64,000 nt of DNA from a virus (lineage: Duplodnaviria > Caudoviricetes), in IMG/VR virus record IMGVR_UViG_3300035034_000127, positions 1-64,000 of that record. The stretch is one strand, 5' to 3'. A program made the position numbers and the translations under genes. The stretch's first letter is position 1, and every line of letters starts with the position of its first letter. The notes beneath the pieces are model-generated. The model was not told the origin of the DNA. It saw nothing but the letters and a program-made list of their open reading frames with translations, and ran no database searches. Positions 25,950 through 38,000 of this stretch are shown piece by piece.

Positions 25950-27440
25950 TTAAACCTTTAGTACACATTCTACTAGCTTTTCATTTTCATCATTGCTAGA
26001 CTCTAGTGCGATACCTACCATACTTGCTCCAGTATGTGATGTACATGCTGTGCCTTTTCCATGTACGTAAACTGCTTGACCTTTTTTTACCATACCAACA
26101 ACTCTCACCGGCACTCGACCTTTTAATCCAACTGCTTGACCGGGTGCATCGCTATTCATTAAATATGCAGGGTTTTCTGAAATTACGCCAATTGCAATTT
26201 CACCCGCGTTTGCAGCGCCGACGTCGTGGTCGTTGTGCGCACAGACGGATACCACAGTTCCAACCGGGTATGTTTTGTTAGTTGAATAAATTTCTGCTAG
26301 GTCCGCATAACGGGCTTGAGTTGCAGTACCCTGGAATAAGGTAGCTGATAAGTTGCCAGATGGGTCTCTTACTGCAATAGTGTTTGGAATAGCTGTGACT
26401 GAAGCAGTTCTAAAATTAGATCCTACTCTTAGGTTAGTTGCATTAACAGCTTCACCCCTAAAGTTAGCTGCATACACGTCCTGTATTCTATTGGTTAGTG
26501 ACCCAAGATTAAACACGTTGTCTGTCGCAGGTAACATACCAGTAGGACCAAACGTAAACGTAGGAGTAACTGCACCAGCACCGTCAGTAACTTTTATTTT
26601 GATAATACTATTTTGGCCTGTGACGTTTTGTATAACTCCCTGGTTACCGTTTTCTATGTTTAATTGCAAATCGTTAGAATCGCCGATTGCAATGCCAGCG
26701 TCTGGAAATTCTACTAAGCTGTCAAAACTAGCTAGATCCCGTGTTGCAAAGTTTTCTGCTGATATACCACCAAGCTTCTCAGAGTTACTAGCAGTTCCCC
26801 AGTAACGGAAATCGTTACCTGCAACTTGTTGGCTGTTGGTTACTCCATCGTCTGCTAGTCTAGTCCACTTTAGAGTTACGCCTCTTTTGATTCCATCGAA
26901 CCCAAGAATAGGAGTAGACACTCCTAGAGTAAAATTATTTGCAGCATTAATAACAAAAATAACTTCGTCGTTAACTGTAGCTGATATCAAATTGCGGACT
27001 GCGCCTGTAGCATCAACTACCTCAATACTCTGCAACTGAGTAACGCCGTTTCCTACGTTTTGCGGACCTACTAGAACAAAGTTAATTCCGTTGTATACAT
27101 ATAATTGATCACTTGATGAATTCCACCAAAAGTCCCCAACTGACAGTCCAGTTGGCTGAGTCCCAGAAGTCTCTGATCCGCCAGTACTACGCCACTGGGC
27201 TCCATCATAAAATTTTAACTTGCTACTTCCTAAGTCAAACCACACCTGTCCACTCAGTGGCCTGGCCGGTTCGTTAATTCCTGAAAAGTTTTCTAATAAG
27301 AACAAAAAGTTCTCGTTATGTAATTCACCGTAGCCCGAATAGTTCTTGCCGATAAATTTTAAATCAGTTGTTTGGTCAATAGTACCATCATCAACTACTG
27401 TTAATAAAGTATTATTGTATCTATCAATTTGATAAGCCAT
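25950..27440 (-). CDS. Tail fibre-like protein with C-terminal ADLAE (chaperone/peptidase G2-like) domain
   Basis: Shared N-terminal module GKNY.GYGE...ENF..LLENF...P..GQ.W.D; C-terminal YADLAE.Y...IGVIS.NPAY.MN...GRVPV. Confidence 0.7.
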   Translation of the reverse strand: MAYQIDRYNNTLLTVVDDGTIDQTTDLKFIGKNYSGYGELHNENFLFLLENFSGINEPARPLSGQVWFDLGSSKLKFYDGAQWRSTGGSETSGTQPTGLSVGDFWWNSSSDQLYVYNGINFVLVGPQNVGNGVTQLQSIEVVDATGAVRNLISATVNDEVIFVINAANNFTLGVSTPILGFDGIKRGVTLKWTRLADDGVTNSQQVAGNDFRYWGTASNSEKLGGISAENFATRDLASFDSLVEFPDAGIAIGDSNDLQLNIENGNQGVIQNVTGQNSIIKIKVTDGAGAVTPTFTFGPTGMLPATDNVFNLGSLTNRIQDVYAANFRGEAVNATNLRVGSNFRTASVTAIPNTIAVRDPSGNLSATLFQGTATQARYADLAEIYSTNKTYPVGTVVSVCAHNDHDVGAANAGEIAIGVISENPAYLMNSDAPGQAVGLKGRVPVRVVGMVKKGQAVYVHGKGTACTSHTGASMVGIALESSNDENEKLVECVLKV

Positions 27441-27466
27441 TTAAGTATAATCCTTAGCGTTTGTAT

Positions 27467-27474
27467 TATTTATC
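27467..27474 (-). promoter_or_regulatory. Late-promoter motif GATAAATA
   Basis: Intergenic, upstream of AAGGA RBS of the gene starting at 27440. Confidence 0.6.
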
Positions 27475-27479
27475 ATATA

Positions 27480-29375
27480 TTAATATGGATTTGTTACTAC
27501 TATCAAGTTCCAATTGGTTCCGTCCGCAGCGTATTCCATTAGTGCTCTACTTGGAGTTAATGACACTGTGCCAGCAGCGCCAGCTGGGTCAAACGCAATG
27601 TCCTTTACTACTGACTCGTTCTCAGTTCCGTTCTTGTCAACAAGAGTCGAAGTTATTGTTGTGGCGCTAGCAATATCTACACCACTAACGACTGAGTTAG
27701 AATACGATACTGTATGAATCATAGCTACTTTACTGGCATAAGGTTGGTAAAGATCTAATAGAATTACAGCCACAGCATCTGCTAACGCAGTTCCTGTGCC
27801 TAGGCCGGTCACGTCTAACGAAAATCCTACTGGTTCTGTTCTAGCAGCAGTGTCTGTATAGAGTTTAGTAGCAGCATCTTGCGGCTGAGTTGGATCCAAC
27901 ACGCCAGTAATCCTTGCTGGGGTTGTTAATGCAATGTTGCCGTTTAATGAAGATATGTTAATTCCAGCAGTGCCTATAATGTTTAGAGGAAGTAAGTTAT
28001 CAGTAGGGTCACTTGCTGCGATTGCAGCACCTGCCTTTATGGTCGTTCCGTCGATTGATGTATTGTCAACGCTGAGTGATATTAAAGTACCGATTTCATT
28101 TAGGTCGAGCGCTTTTTGAATATTAACTAAACTAGTATTTGTTAGTTTGAGCTCGCCTCCTATATGATAACCGGTAGAACTATCAGATATGTTGATTCCT
28201 ACGTTAGAAGTCCATGCATTGGTTACACTTTCCCACGTCCATTTCTTTGTTAACGAGCCGGCGATATCAAATATTATACCAGTATCATTTGCATCAGCAG
28301 CACTAAGTTCGGATCCAGGTACCGTCCTAGCTAGTTGTATAACCTTATCCTCAACTCTCAATATGTTAATATCTAGACTATTTGCTGTCCCTGAAAATAA
28401 TAGATTACCGGAAATTCGTAAATCACCGGTAACATCTAAAGCATACTGTGGGTTATTATTAAAAATACCTACCCTTGCTGTACTTGCATCTATATACACT
28501 GCATCTATTGTTGATGATGTTAACGATGATGCAACTCGTAAGCTCATATCCTGATCAAAAATTTGGTTTTCTATATAAAACTTTCCACCTACTATTTTTT
28601 GTGTAGTGTTTCGTATCATGCCAATTGTTAATCCACCTGCGTTTTGAATAGTAATCGTGCCTGAGGTTATTCCGTCTGTGTCTGACGGTAGGAACGAGTC
28701 AACCGGTCTAATTCTACCGTCAGACGATACTAATGACTCTGCTGCTTCTGCTATGCCTCTAAACTTAAATGTAGCTTGATTAATAACATTAAAGCCTTCG
28801 TATATTCGTCCTGTCGGATTTTCCTGAGTAATCAAACCAGCTATTTTCTGTCCAGTTACTGGAGTAAAATCTAAGCTGCTAAGTAGACCAACTAGGGTGC
28901 CGCCGATGTACAAATAAGACACTGTGCGAGAACGGCTACTTTCATCTAACAGTGTTCCGGTTCTAAAGCCGCTCTCACCTTGTGATTTAGTATACTGTGG
29001 ACCAATTAATATAACGTCAACACCGTCAAACGCATATAACTGATTATTTAGGTTGTCTATCCATAAATCGCCAGTTACCATTAGAGGAATAGTAGGCTGC
29101 ACAAACGGACTGCCGCTGGCTATCCACACTAATCCATTATAAACTTTTAGTCTTTGATTAGCAGTGTCCCACCAAGTTTGTCCTTTTAACGGATTACTCG
29201 GCGCTGCACTATTTGAAAAATTTTCTAATAGTCTAACAAAGTTTTCATTAAAAATTTCACCATAGCCGGTGTAGTTTCTCCCTACTAACACAAGGTTAGT
29301 ACTATTAGAATCAATTTGTCCGTCAACTAAGTCAACTAATAGCGATCCGTCAGTTTTGTTTATTTGATAACTCAT
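27480..29375 (-). CDS. Tail fibre-like protein
   Basis: Same N-terminal module; VGI.NNNP.Y.LDV.G and DPTQPQDAATKLY fibre motifs. Confidence 0.7.
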   Translation of the reverse strand: MSYQINKTDGSLLVDLVDGQIDSNSTNLVLVGRNYTGYGEIFNENFVRLLENFSNSAAPSNPLKGQTWWDTANQRLKVYNGLVWIASGSPFVQPTIPLMVTGDLWIDNLNNQLYAFDGVDVILIGPQYTKSQGESGFRTGTLLDESSRSRTVSYLYIGGTLVGLLSSLDFTPVTGQKIAGLITQENPTGRIYEGFNVINQATFKFRGIAEAAESLVSSDGRIRPVDSFLPSDTDGITSGTITIQNAGGLTIGMIRNTTQKIVGGKFYIENQIFDQDMSLRVASSLTSSTIDAVYIDASTARVGIFNNNPQYALDVTGDLRISGNLLFSGTANSLDINILRVEDKVIQLARTVPGSELSAADANDTGIIFDIAGSLTKKWTWESVTNAWTSNVGINISDSSTGYHIGGELKLTNTSLVNIQKALDLNEIGTLISLSVDNTSIDGTTIKAGAAIAASDPTDNLLPLNIIGTAGINISSLNGNIALTTPARITGVLDPTQPQDAATKLYTDTAARTEPVGFSLDVTGLGTGTALADAVAVILLDLYQPYASKVAMIHTVSYSNSVVSGVDIASATTITSTLVDKNGTENESVVKDIAFDPAGAAGTVSLTPSRALMEYAADGTNWNLIVVTNPY

Positions 29376-29377
29376 TC

Positions 29378-31411
29378 TTAATTTCCAGTATAGATTATGT
29401 AGTTCGACCCTAAAAATGGGTTCATTACTGATAACGGTTGGCCTAGTTGCTCATTTGTTTTTACGCCGCCAGATGACGCTAGTCCCTGCGTGCCGCCGGC
29501 GCCAGCTTCGGTTGAAAGGGTAATTGCATCATCGTCGATTGGTGCACCAGAGCCTACCCTAAACCCATAATACTGAGTTCCTGATTCCCCTTCCATATCG
29601 TGCTCGTGTTCTGGTAAGTTCTCTGTGTTAACTTGCACTGTTTCGGAACCGTTGACGCCCCCAATTATATCTGCTGCGGGGTTAGTCACTGTGTTAGCAC
29701 TAGGTCCTCCCATATTATCTAAACCTAGAGGAAATCTTCCTCTCATATCAGGTAGAGCAAATGTGCTAACACCTTGGTCGCTTAATAACGAAGCATCTCG
29801 AAAGTTATAACGTATTACGGTAAACAACTCTGTATACCGAGACTTATCAACTTCACTTCCGTCACACAGTAGCCAACCTGCAGGAGCTTCTTCACCAGCA
29901 AACGGCATATATGCTCCTACTGGCATAAGTGGGATTGACTTTAAAAAGTTTCGTTTAGTAACTCTAAATACCCCAGTGTCACCTACTATTCTATTTATTA
30001 TTATTTCGTCTGCGGAGTCTACGTCCAAAACCGGGTCTTTATTTGCTATAAAGCTATTCGCAATTCGAATGTCAAACGTCTTGTTAGTACCGCCAACCTG
30101 ACCATCAAAAGCAAAACTTGTATCTTCTACGTCCCCAGTAACTCCAAAGGTAGTAGTACTTGCTAGTCTGCTTGCACTGCCTGCTCTGCCTGACACAGTT
30201 CCGCTTACGTTACCCTGCAGGTTACCAAAAAACGTTTGGGCATGCATTTGATCATAGCGCAACGCTGAAGTGCCTACGTTTCGCTCAGTAGCACCGTCAG
30301 GAATAATATTTCCAGCAATTACGTCACCGTTTATTTTTGCATCGGCACCGACATTTAAGTTTCCAGCAACACCGGCACTTCCTTTGGTTACAAAAGAACC
30401 AGAACTAAAGTTTGTGCTATTTTCAGTGCTGCCAACAACTAGCGAGCCTGAAGTAACAACATTTCCTATAACGTCAAGCGCTTCTTCCGGAGCAGCATTA
30501 TTGATTCCTACTAGTCCTTCAGAGTCAATTCGAAGAACAGTTGGTGTTCTGTTTCCGTTCCTCAACCGAAAGTCAATGTTTGAGCCAGCTGTATTGTGCT
30601 GAATAACTCCGGCTTCGTTGTCAACAGCTAGAGATAGCTGCCCACCTACTCCTATTGTGATACCGTTGTTGTTTTTAACTTTAAATTCAAAGTTAGTAGT
30701 GGAAACTGAGTCTCCTCTTAGAAAAGAGCTTGCTGGTATTGCTTGCTCTGCAATAACTAAGCTTTCGGCTTTCTCTGACGTGCCCCAATATTTTGACACA
30801 CCTGCGCCTGCAATAATCAACGTACTTAGATTAAGTCCTGGATTTATTCCAGCTCTAAATCCCGATATTGCTGCTTTAGGTACGAACTGACTAGGACTGA
30901 CAATGATAGTTGGAACATTTTTTACTTTAATAGCAAGTACGGTATAGGTTATATTATCTGTTCCTACTATTTCCTGCGATTCTGTTCCTGTTAACAACCC
31001 GTCACTAAAATTAGGACCGACTAGCACCCAGCTAGTGCCAGTAAACAAATATAGTTGCTGACTTTCGGTATTAACCCAAAGTTCTCCTGAGACAGAATTT
31101 GATACTGCCGGTACAGAAGTTGCTTTTTTTAGTCCGCCACTTGCAGTCCAATTAGTGCCGTCATACACTTTTAACTGATCAATGCCGGCTCTAGTGTCGT
31201 ACCATAATTGACCTTCTACAGGAGTTTGGGGGGCTGTGTCACTAGCAAAGTTTTCTAACAAATGCAGGAAGTTCTCAGCAATTACTCCTCCATACTGCCG
31301 GGAGTCTCTTCCAGGAAAAGCCAAAGAAGTTGAAGTAGTGTCTATATCGCCTTCCTCAACAATAATAATACCCTTATTAACATTGTCGGTGTATTTAATT
31401 TCGTATGCCAT
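29378..31411 (-). CDS. Tail fibre protein with phage tail collar domain
   Basis: Same N-terminal module; MPVG..MPFAG..AP.GWLLCDG...Y.ELF.VI...F.LPDMRGRF; PEHEH; NP....NYII. Confidence 0.85.
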   Translation of the reverse strand: MAYEIKYTDNVNKGIIIVEEGDIDTTSTSLAFPGRDSRQYGGVIAENFLHLLENFASDTAPQTPVEGQLWYDTRAGIDQLKVYDGTNWTASGGLKKATSVPAVSNSVSGELWVNTESQQLYLFTGTSWVLVGPNFSDGLLTGTESQEIVGTDNITYTVLAIKVKNVPTIIVSPSQFVPKAAISGFRAGINPGLNLSTLIIAGAGVSKYWGTSEKAESLVIAEQAIPASSFLRGDSVSTTNFEFKVKNNNGITIGVGGQLSLAVDNEAGVIQHNTAGSNIDFRLRNGNRTPTVLRIDSEGLVGINNAAPEEALDVIGNVVTSGSLVVGSTENSTNFSSGSFVTKGSAGVAGNLNVGADAKINGDVIAGNIIPDGATERNVGTSALRYDQMHAQTFFGNLQGNVSGTVSGRAGSASRLASTTTFGVTGDVEDTSFAFDGQVGGTNKTFDIRIANSFIANKDPVLDVDSADEIIINRIVGDTGVFRVTKRNFLKSIPLMPVGAYMPFAGEEAPAGWLLCDGSEVDKSRYTELFTVIRYNFRDASLLSDQGVSTFALPDMRGRFPLGLDNMGGPSANTVTNPAADIIGGVNGSETVQVNTENLPEHEHDMEGESGTQYYGFRVGSGAPIDDDAITLSTEAGAGGTQGLASSGGVKTNEQLGQPLSVMNPFLGSNYIIYTGN

Positions 31412-31421
31412 TCTTTGCTCC

Positions 31422-32024
31422 TTAACCTGCTAGACTTTGAATACGCACTGTATAGTCAATTTGTATCAGTCGGTTTAATGATTTTTGTATTGGGTGAAAT
31501 ATAACATGAGTCATTAGACGACCAGCTTGCCCGGGCGAAAAAGCTCTCAGGCCTAACTCATCAAATACAAATAAATCATCTGTGTTAGTAGCAGTGTCAA
31601 ACGCTTGCTGACCGTCTGGCTCACCATAGTCTAATAAACAACTAATAATCAAGTCAGTGTAATTAGTACCACTAAGATGTCTTGTTTCTATTCTATTTCT
31701 GGCTGGGTCTGTATTATTTACGCTTCTGTCGTCAACAACCTTAGTATAAGTCTGATTATACAAGCTTGCGTTGGTGCCATTTGAGTTAGGAGTAAGATAT
31801 GTAATAATACCTGTTTGATCAACAGTAGTTCCACCGTTGCCAAAATTCATCTCGTAAACAAAACCGCGGCCAGCATTAGACACACTCTCTGCTAGCGAGA
31901 TACTCATATTTTCGTAATGTATAGCATTGCGTTTGTTTACGTACTCGTAATTAGTTTCAGGGTCAAAGACTCTAATATGTCCTGTTACTCGTATACCGTT
32001 ATTGTCTTGCATAGTTCCGCTCAT
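31422..32024 (-). CDS. Putative baseplate/fibre-attachment structural protein
   Basis: FGNGG...LDYGEP...FDELGL...THVIFHP..KS.NR.I.I.YT; start moved to ATG 32024 (AGGAA RBS, downstream of late motif). Confidence 0.65.
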   Translation of the reverse strand: MSGTMQDNNGIRVTGHIRVFDPETNYEYVNKRNAIHYENMSISLAESVSNAGRGFVYEMNFGNGGTTVDQTGIITYLTPNSNGTNASLYNQTYTKVVDDRSVNNTDPARNRIETRHLSGTNYTDLIISCLLDYGEPDGQQAFDTATNTDDLFVFDELGLRAFSPGQAGRLMTHVIFHPIQKSLNRLIQIDYTVRIQSLAG

Positions 32025-32040
32025 TGTTTTTCCTATACTG

Positions 32041-32048
32041 TATTTATT
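32041..32048 (-). promoter_or_regulatory. Late-promoter motif AATAAATA overlapping the stop of the giant gene
   Basis: Plus-strand TATTTATT 32041-32048. Confidence 0.55.
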
Positions 32049-35000
32049 CTGGCTGCGCCGAAGTTCCTGCACGTAAGAAGTTTGCTATTGGTGTGTTAGT
32101 TGTTGCAAGAGATTCGCCGGGTTTAGCCCACGTATTTCCAACTTTTTTAACTACTGTAACTCTTACATTTTCAGCCGGTACTGTAGTTAGCACAATTTCT
32201 CCGTCCACAATTTCAAAGTCTGCAGGTATACTAATATCGCCGTCCGGACTATTTAATGCAACTGTTGCATCAAAAACCTGCGTTGCTTGCTTGCGCAATC
32301 TAGTGCCAGCTACAAATACTTCAATTTCGTTAACTGACGATATAGTAAAGCCAATTGCAAACGATCCAGTAACGCCATCTGTCGTAAAATTCTGTACAAT
32401 AGTTCTGTCTTTATACGGAATTGTTTTGTCACTGTTTTGATCGTACACTTTTGTTCCTACAGCATGCTGTTGGGCAGTGCCTGTGCCCAGCGTACCACGA
32501 CGCAATTGTCGGAGTGTGTTACCGTCTTTAACAAAATATTCAATTCTTTCTTTGTCAATAAAGATAATTCCAGGGAGATTTCTCCCTTTATCCGGCACTG
32601 CTAGGTTCGCCCCGTCTTGAACTTCGATCCTAAGATCATAACTATTTAAAGGTTGAGCAAGGGTTGTTACTGCACTGTTTAGACGCTTAAAGTGTGTTCT
32701 GTTGAGTATGTCTTTAAACTGGCGATATGCAAACGTTGACACATTTGTTGCCGCGGAGACATCTCTATTATAAACTCTCAAATCTAGCGCGTCCATTACC
32801 TGTCCAGATACTAGCTCCTCTGGTCCTCCGCTGGTTGTTGGAGTTATGAAGCTGTCACCGTCGACAATAATTTCCTCTGGGTTAATTCCTCGCGCAGACG
32901 AGTACGCAAGATTGCCACCTATCAATGCTTGGTCATAACTTTCATCATCAGGCGCTACACTACCGTCGCTAGTGGATTTTCTAATTATCAACACATCCTC
33001 GTTGACCAACGTAATTCCTAGATCAGCTAGCTCAACTACAGAAGTCGAACCGTCACCGAAGATACTTGATGTTACTGCATTTTGGTTAACCTGTTCTGCG
33101 GTTCCGTATTCTGGATCGTCTAAACGAATACCGTTCTTGTAGATGTTATAAATAACGCCATCTTCAAGAGCCTCTCTTAATTCAACAGCAGTTGTTGACC
33201 CATCTGCTACAAATACTTCATCTTCAAAGTTAGTACCATCAGTGTCCCATGTATCAGTATACCATCCTTCGGTATCCCACCCTGTTTCTATTTCAAAGCC
33301 CAGCCCGCTAACTTCTACTCCGCCATAATCAATCCCTGTCATTACCTGTGCTAGTTCACTACCTAACATTCCACTTAATGGGTTATATGCAAACTTAATT
33401 CTGTCTGCTGCTGACAACATACTTATTGGTCTGTAATACTCTATTCGTACATCAGACTGGTTAGCAGGAGGCTTAGTAAATATTATTCTTCCTTGCTGGT
33501 AAGTGTAGCCATTGGATATCTGTTGAGTGCCTGGCCCTGCTGCTACATTACCATTACCGTAGTTAAAATCTTCAGCTAATGTATCAATAGTCGGAGAGTA
33601 GGTTATATTAGTGTATGAATACTGGCTTCTCAACTGCTGCACTTCATTAACATATACTTTAACTTTTCTGTTATCAAGATCCATTGGCCATTTCAAGTTG
33701 TAGTTAATATCTACATTTGACCCTACAAAATTAGCAACTTCTGCCAGTTCTTCTATAGTGTATTGTCCAGAAGTTCTATCAAACTTAATCTTAACAGTAG
33801 GTGTACGTACAACACCGTCGCCTAGTATAGCTGTTGCAGATGCCCTAATTCCAACGTCACTCTGTGGAACATCAATTATTACAGTTGGCATATTGATATA
33901 CCCAACGCCAGGCGACGTAACTTTGATAGCAGTAATTTTGCCATAGCCGATAAATGCCTTAGCAGTGGCCTGCTTTGCAGATGCTCCTTCAAGTTTAATC
34001 TCAGGAGCAATGGTATAACCACTACCTGGGTTTTGTATCCTAACCTCAGTAACTGTGTATCCAATGTTGTCCTTCCAGTATTTCCTTGGGTAAGAGTCTG
34101 TATTAGCCCCTGCATCAATTAGTTCACCGTTACTGATAAACGCTTTGCTTGTAACAATTCGTTTAGTCAGGATGTCGTATTGTGGTGCTAAATCAAAGTC
34201 AGTAACAGCACTTTGAGTATCGTCGATACTAGTGTAGGAACTTATAAACTCTCGTACTTTAGAAGAATAAGGTTTTACTTCGTTTACATAGGCTTGATAA
34301 CTAGCTAGCTTATCGTTTTCAAAGTTTACTTTTTGATCAAGGTTACCTACATTATGCTTAACGTTGATAAACGCTGACTTAAACATCCAGTCAACTGCCG
34401 GCTGCTCAGATAGCACGTATCTAAGGCTAGCAAAGAACAACTGGTTGTATTCAACTGCTAACTCTGCAATGAATAGGTCGTCACGTATAACTTCAAAAAT
34501 TATTCTTAGTTCTTTTGCAATAACACTATCGTAAAAGAAACTGTCGTAACTTCTGCTGTCAAAGCCAACTGCATTTTTCTCAACATTATATAAGCTTTCA
34601 TTAAAGCTTATAGTTCCTGCTTGACGTCCGATAGTATCGTAATTAATCGTAAAATCTTCAGTTTCTTCGTTGGCAATCTTTTTAAGCAGTAACCAGCCAC
34701 CGCTGCTTATACTTTTAGCTTTTACTACATTGCCAATAGTGTCACGTAGGCCTCCTAGCAAGTAAGTGCCCTCGATCTCAAAATCAATGTCAGTAAACTG
34801 ATTAAACCCTTCTGCATACCAATCTCTGTAGTCCCAGAACCTGGACACGTCAAACGCTTGAATCTGCGTTCTAAACCAGTTTCTCTCAATTTCGTTCCAC
34901 GAATATATTGCCCATTTGCCATTTAGATTATCGTCATTATTTACTAACACACTGTAGCGTCTTGGCAGCAGCACTGTTGCATCACCGTAGCCACTGCCTT

Positions 35001-38000
35001 CATTTGTAATAATTGCAGTTGTAACTTGACCTAAATTGTTTATAGACAACTTAACTTCAAAGTTCTTACCGGCGCCTGCTACTTCGACTGTAGGTTCGAT
35101 CTTATACCCTCTTCCCGAAGACAGTATGTTAACTTGAATTATCTTACCATTAACGATCACCGGTTCTAGTCGTGCTGGTGTAATTTTGTTTATACTTAAA
35201 AAGTCTAGGTCAAATGTCGTGTCAACAACAATATCGTATTTACGAGTAGCAATCGAAGGTGCATCGTCCTTACTAAACAAGCGCGAAGTTTGATATTGAT
35301 CTACTACAAGATTCTTGGATAGTACTAGGTTTACACGCTCAATAAACTGCTTTAATGCTTCAGTCCTATTTACAAACATTCCCTGTCGTGGTCGATTTTG
35401 AATACCTGTGCGTTTTGCTATCGGAATAGCAGGGTTTGGCACTGGTCTGTTGTTTTCATCAAACCCAATTAAGCTATCGAACCACTTGCGTTCGATATCT
35501 GCGGTAGGCTTACTTACTCCTGATCCGTCCGACATCAACAGGTATTGTAAATGTGTATTCTGTATCTTAGTTTCTCGCGTATCATATCTAATGTTAAGTA
35601 CCACGTCATCTGATGTAACAATATTTTCAAAGTTGTTCAACACCATTCTTGAATCACTTAAGAAGCTAACAAATCTATAACCCTGCTCTCTAGGTGATCT
35701 AATTAAATTAGTAATATCAAATATACTTAGTGTGCGGTTAACAGGTACGTCACGCTTGTTCTGCACCCAGAAGTAATAGACAGTACTAAACGTTTGACTA
35801 ATATCATCATAAGTCAACCTAGCGCTATATTTTTCATCGCCGTATAACGAAGTCCCAGTAATACCTAACGAGGAGCCCGCATCTGTTGCTGATAATGCAT
35901 CCCACCGCAACGGAGTATACTGCGTTTCAACCCATTCATAAACATCTATAGAGGCCCCTTGAGCAAGAACGTTCCATACCTCCTTTTGGTACGATATGCT
36001 TCCTTGGTAAGGCCATTCAAATCTAGCAGTGTTAATATTCCACCAAACTTGTCCTACTTGCTTTTCCGCCCAGAATATGTCAACGTCAACTGTGTTGTCA
36101 CTTAGGATTCCTACGTTATACGCTGCTGGGTCTGTACCTATCTTGTAGGTAATGTCCTGCTCGGCAATACCTGCAATCTTGCCCTGAACTGGATCAATAT
36201 AATCCAAGTAAGTGATAATTTCGTTAGTACGTTTGTTATAGACAAACACACCCTGAATCTTCGAAATATCTACTGGAACAATACTTTCTCTTAATACGTT
36301 CCATGCAAACTTGCCTTTCGGCTTTCTGTAATCAACAACTACACCTTGGCCCGTAGTTGTAACCAGCGAAGGAATTCCTACGTAGACGTGATTACCGTTT
36401 GATAATAAAGTTTCACCAAATTGGCTAGTTGCACTGTCATACCTAAATCTTTCGCTAAAGACAAGTTGATCGTTTAGTGTTTCAAATATGTATACAACAC
36501 CTGAATCCAGTATAGTTTCGTTAAACCTAGTGAATCTATTGTCAATTATAGTCTCATTGTTGGTCACTAAGTCGAACGTTGTCGGAATCTTTTGATCCCC
36601 GTTCAGACTCGATATTACCAAATTATCTTGACCGTAACTCATATCGTACCCAAACTGCTCGCCTTCTTCGTTATTAGGCGGAAGCAGTGTTTGGGTCAAT
36701 ACAAACTCACTGTCAACTTGCATATAGATGTATACTTGCCCTTGATTTACTTTTGCAGAATCATCAAGAGAAGCACTGATAGCAAAAGACATACCGTCTG
36801 GTCGCATGCTAATTTTGTATGCCCAGTTAGTTGAGTTTTGCAATTCCGGAGCATTTATTATTTGAGATAACAAAAATTTATTGTCTGTTTCTCTATAAAT
36901 TAATACTCGAGTGTCGTTAACCGTGCTATCAGAACCTGTAATAGTAGCGGTAGTTACAATTACCTGGCCGTTTGAACTAATATCATATGCCTTACTGAAG
37001 TCTACTAACACATTCGGAGTATTACTGGATTCAAACACTTCCTCGTTGTATGCTGTAAATCCGGTAACGTTTGGCAAAAATCCCACATAGTCTATTAGGT
37101 TGGATAGTTGCTTCCAGTCTGTTGTGACAAAACCAGCACCGGTTGATATGTTAGTAACAGCGCTATAGAATTTATCATTATAAAAAACAATAGAACCCTC
37201 TGCATAACCATAGCTGTTATTCCATTCTCCTCTGTAGTTTGAATCTTTTCCTTGCTTCCAACTGATGTTAGCCCAAAATATTGAATCTTTAATCCTACTT
37301 TCTACTTCGGTTTGATCTTTATTAGCAACATAGTAATCGTCTTCGAAGGTAACTATATCTCCTTTTATGTAAGTGCCCGGTGCATAATTTCCCTTGAAGT
37401 TTTCGCCCGCCAGTGCGCCATGCCTAAAGATTTCAATGCCGCCTACTAACTCTTGTTGGTCACCATTGCCTATACTAGATACAAACAAAGTATAATAGTT
37501 GCCTACTTGCCTAATTTCTACATCTCTGCCAAACTGCCTATCTTCCATTCCGTATTCTGACACAATAGTACGCTGATAGCTGTAGGTGCCGCCAGTTAGT
37601 CTTCGGTATATTGCTACAGCACCTTCGTTTACTGGTCCAGCTGTTCCGAAGTTGTCTGCTTCTATATGGTATATTTGAACGTAATCCTTGTTTAGACTGA
37701 AGGGCGGATTAGGTACTCGGCCCGCTCCCTGTGCTATATTTTCTGTATAGAACCAATATTCTTCGCCAGTTATTGGAATAATTTCATTCCACTTTCTGCT
37801 ATCTGCAAAAATTTCGTCTGCTTCAAATACTATTAACTTACCTATTAGGTCATTACCTACACAGATATCATTATCGGAATCTTCAACGACACCAATAATT
37901 CGATCAACATCTGCTTGACCTCTTATAGCAGTGTTGCGGTTTCTTTTAACATTGTAACGGCCTATGTTGTTTAGCTGGTCCCATGTTCCGGTTATGTTTT

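Noticed and set aside
32025-32072. ORF-track N-terminal extensions (32072, 16166, 11933, 862 starts)
   Set aside because: They overlap upstream genes; downstream ATGs have an RBS or stop-start coupling and were used instead.
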